A stretch of DNA of 51,148 nucleotides from an uncultured Clostridia bacterium (GTDB lineage: Bacteria; Bacillota; Clostridia; TANB77; CAG-508), in assembly GCA_944391975.1 (NCBI GenBank), contig CALXVK010000003.1, positions 1 to 51,148 on the forward strand, given 5' to 3'. Position numbers and translations under genes: made by a program. The first letter of the stretch is position 1. The number at the start of each line of letters is the position of its first letter. Below the pieces are notes generated by a model. The model did not search any database. It was not told where the DNA came from and saw nothing but the letters and a program-made list of their open reading frames with translations. Shown one piece after another: positions 48,336-51,148 of this stretch.

Positions 48336-50447
48336 TTATTGTGTAACTTCTGCTTCTGAATCCGCAGATATTTGTGGATCTGTTGTTTCTTCTGTTTGAG
48401 TTGGAGCTGATTCTGGAGTTTGTGTCGATGTATCTACTTGAGGAGTTTCAGTAGTAGCTTGTGTATTAGCTGTAGAATCTGTTGATATTGTAGCCGCTTG
48501 TGAACCAACCCTAACTATTCTTGTCATAACTTGATAAGTATCATTTGAAATTACTTCTCTAGAAATTTGAACACCATTTAGATACACCTCTTTATAAGTT
48601 GTAACTTTACAACCATTTGCTCCTGCCTGTGATACTACTGTTGTACCAGCAGGAAGTGAAGAATCTTCAATAGTTTGAGTAGTAAATGCTGTTGTTTCTG
48701 TTGTTACAGGAATTATTTTAACATCATATTCTGTTTCTTCTTTAATTCCATAAATAGTAAATGTACAAACGCCCCCACTTACACTAGCTTCAATCTTTAT
48801 AGGATATGATCTTGTATTTGTAAATTTTAAATCTTTAACTCCATAAACTACTGTTGCATCTTTTCCAGGTTTAGAATATGAAGTAGTAAATGAGTGATTA
48901 TAACGTTCATCAATTTGTAAATTTGCATCTAATGCTGCACCATATAATGTAGAAGAAATTTGGCAAATTCCACCAGCTAAACCATCAACAACTTGCCCAT
49001 TTGAATATATAGCTGCATTTTGATAACCTTCTGAAATTGTCCTTTCTCCAACTACTTCATTAAATGAAAATTGTTCACCAGGCATTAATACAGTACCATT
49101 TATTTTTGAAGCAGCAATTCTTAAATTTTCACTTCTTCCTTTATTACTTGCATCATAAGTTGTTTCACATTTTGAAACTTCATATGGAAAAGCTTCAATT
49201 CCTATATCATTAATAGTTACATTAGCTTTTGTAATATTTAGTGGAATAACATATTGGTCTTTTCCTTCTTCAGCAACAATTGCTTTTGCCTCATCTATAC
49301 TTATAGCAAAATCCACACCATCAACATCAGGATGTATTTCAAATTCAGTTGTCTCTGTTGCTTCTACATAATATGCATCTTGAGGGTCAGTTTTTACTTC
49401 ACTATAAATTGCATCTATATTTATCTCATCTGCTGTAACATTATTATAAGGAATATCAATATTGTCATCCTCAGCATTATTTAAAAGTTCTGTAAGATTT
49501 CTTGATTGAATTTTCTCTATAATTTGAGATTTTAGGCTTTCTATATCAACTTCTATTCCATCAGTTCCAGGTATTATAATTAAATTAGAGCCTTCTATAT
49601 AATATGAATATTGTTTAACTAAATTTGGAACATTAGTTGAAATATATTCAATAATTGTATTAAGTGCATCATCATCAAAAGTAAATTTAGCATCAATATT
49701 TTTATTCATTATTGCAGTTTTTAACAATTCATAATTATTTTGTATTATATTTCCACTTCTTCCAACATTATATGCTTCCTCTAACGCTGAATTTAATTCA
49801 TAACTTAAACTTATATCAGCTGGTGCAATAACATAAGAAAAATCTTCATATTTTAAATTAATATTTATACCAATTGCAATATCAAAAGCTTCTTCTAACT
49901 TTTCTTTCGCCTCATTATAAGTTAAATTTGAAACATCAATATTTTTGATGCTTACTCCTCTTGCAATAGTATCTTTAGTAGCATGTATCATAGCAAAACA
50001 AACTGAAAAAATTAATATAAAAACCATTAAAACTATAGCAATAATCACAGCTATTAGTACTTTTTTTCTATCTTTAGGTTTTTTTACATTTTTGTCTATT
50101 TTTTTATTTTCTTCAGACTTCTTAGCTATTTTATCGTCTTTTTCTGCACTCTCCTGAGCAATCTTTTTTTTAATGGATTTACTATTTTTAAAAACTATTT
50201 CTTCTTCCTTTGATTTATTTTCAATTTTTTTAGAATCATCTTTTTTATTATTTTTCTTTTTATCAACATTATCTGTATCTTTTTTTGAAGCTTTTTTATC
50301 GTCTTTAATATTATCTGATGTATTTGATGAATCTTTTTCATTTTTAGTATTTTCTTTTTGTTTATCAAATTTTTTGTTCTTATTTTTTTCTTCAATCTTA
50401 TTTTGGCTATTTTTTAGTTCTTTTTTATCTTCGTTTTTCCCAGACAT
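48336..50447 (-). CDS. VanW family protein with PG-binding and G5 domains
   Basis: FSFNEVVGER, GGICQISSTLY, ERYNHS, DATV and DLKFTN motifs; C-terminal G5; charged N-terminal tail and TM. Confidence 0.9.
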   Translation of the reverse strand: MSGKNEDKKELKNSQNKIEEKNKNKKFDKQKENTKNEKDSSNTSDNIKDDKKASKKDTDNVDKKKNNKKDDSKKIENKSKEEEIVFKNSKSIKKKIAQESAEKDDKIAKKSEENKKIDKNVKKPKDRKKVLIAVIIAIVLMVFILIFSVCFAMIHATKDTIARGVSIKNIDVSNLTYNEAKEKLEEAFDIAIGININLKYEDFSYVIAPADISLSYELNSALEEAYNVGRSGNIIQNNYELLKTAIMNKNIDAKFTFDDDALNTIIEYISTNVPNLVKQYSYYIEGSNLIIIPGTDGIEVDIESLKSQIIEKIQSRNLTELLNNAEDDNIDIPYNNVTADEINIDAIYSEVKTDPQDAYYVEATETTEFEIHPDVDGVDFAISIDEAKAIVAEEGKDQYVIPLNITKANVTINDIGIEAFPYEVSKCETTYDASNKGRSENLRIAASKINGTVLMPGEQFSFNEVVGERTISEGYQNAAIYSNGQVVDGLAGGICQISSTLYGAALDANLQIDERYNHSFTTSYSKPGKDATVVYGVKDLKFTNTRSYPIKIEASVSGGVCTFTIYGIKEETEYDVKIIPVTTETTAFTTQTIEDSSLPAGTTVVSQAGANGCKVTTYKEVYLNGVQISREVISNDTYQVMTRIVRVGSQAATISTDSTANTQATTETPQVDTSTQTPESAPTQTEETTDPQISADSEAEVTQ

Positions 50448-50745
50448 TTTTATGTCATCCTTTCTAATTGTATTTGTTATAACTTATGCAAGATTTTCTT
50501 TTTAAATTCGAAAATAATCATATCATAACAAAAATTTTTCTGCAATATATTGAATATATTTTAATAAAAATATAATGTACTATCTATCTAATTAATAATA
50601 CTTGTACACATAATACAACAATATTTTACAACAAAACCTCTAATCAATATAATCAAAAAACAATTAATTCAACTTAACAATTAAAGTTTAATAAAAAAAA
50701 CAAAACGGTTATACTACAATCAATACAATAAATATTTAAGAAAGA

Positions 50746-51018
50746 GTGAAAATAATGGAGATTTTTAATGATGACAACTACAAATATATTAGTAATTTTA
50801 TTGAAAATAAAATACCTATTTTACGACAAAATAAAATTTTTAATAAAAAATATCTTGAACAGATGAATTTAATAGATGATTTTAATAAAACATTACCTAT
50901 TAAAGAAAAAGAAAAATTTGATAAGTTAATTAAATTATTCTATGAAACAGAAGAATATTACTTTGCACTCAGTTATTCTTTAGGCATTAAATATCATGAA
51001 AATTTAAAATTATTATAA
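50746..51018 (+). CDS. Hypothetical protein
   Basis: 90-aa helical ORF ending EEYYFALSYSLGIKY, followed by an imperfect hairpin. Confidence 0.6.
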   Translation: MKIMEIFNDDNYKYISNFIENKIPILRQNKIFNKKYLEQMNLIDDFNKTLPIKEKEKFDKLIKLFYETEEYYFALSYSLGIKYHENLKLL

Positions 51019-51071
51019 TAAAAAAAGTATAACTTCTATAATAACAGAATTATACCTTTATTTTTATTTTG

Positions 51072-51148
51072 ATAACAATCCACGGGTAGAACCCGTGGAT
51101 TTTCATATAGGCCTATAAGGCCTTGTTACAAGCAACCGCTTAAGCGGT
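51072..51148 (-). mobile_element. Probable end of an IS200/IS605-family element, truncated by the window edge
   Basis: Three GC-rich hairpins: AATCCACGGGT-AGA-ACCCGTGGATT (51077-51101), AGGCC-TATAA-GGCCT (51109-51123) and ACCGCTTAAGCGGT (51135-51148). No transposase is present in the window. Confidence 0.55.

Overview
A very AT-rich chromosomal segment from a spore-forming Clostridia-type Bacillota (lineage inferred), with most genes on the minus strand. It carries exoA, an MBOAT/SGNH acylation cluster, comM-dprA-yraN, tatD, acpS, spoIIE, two giant wall-anchored adhesins, a cohesin/dockerin pair, DUF4321-mreBCD-mrdA-minC, spore-coat genes, tRNA-Lys(CTT) with a tRNA-linked repeat, and IS remnants near both ends. 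The main observation is that every frameshift-broken gene (comM, spoIIE, DUF4321) breaks at an in-frame CGG codon. Each is repaired by skipping the C and reading GGN as Gly. Two more genes (dprA, ORF 39552) have the same C-GGN signature near their 3' ends. In a manual scan, in-frame CGG is absent from all other native-looking genes and appears only twice, in a foreign-looking radical SAM gene. This suggests CGG acts as a +1 frameshift or 4-base (CGGN = Gly) codon in this organism. A systematic sequencing error must still be excluded with reads, related genomes and proteomics.
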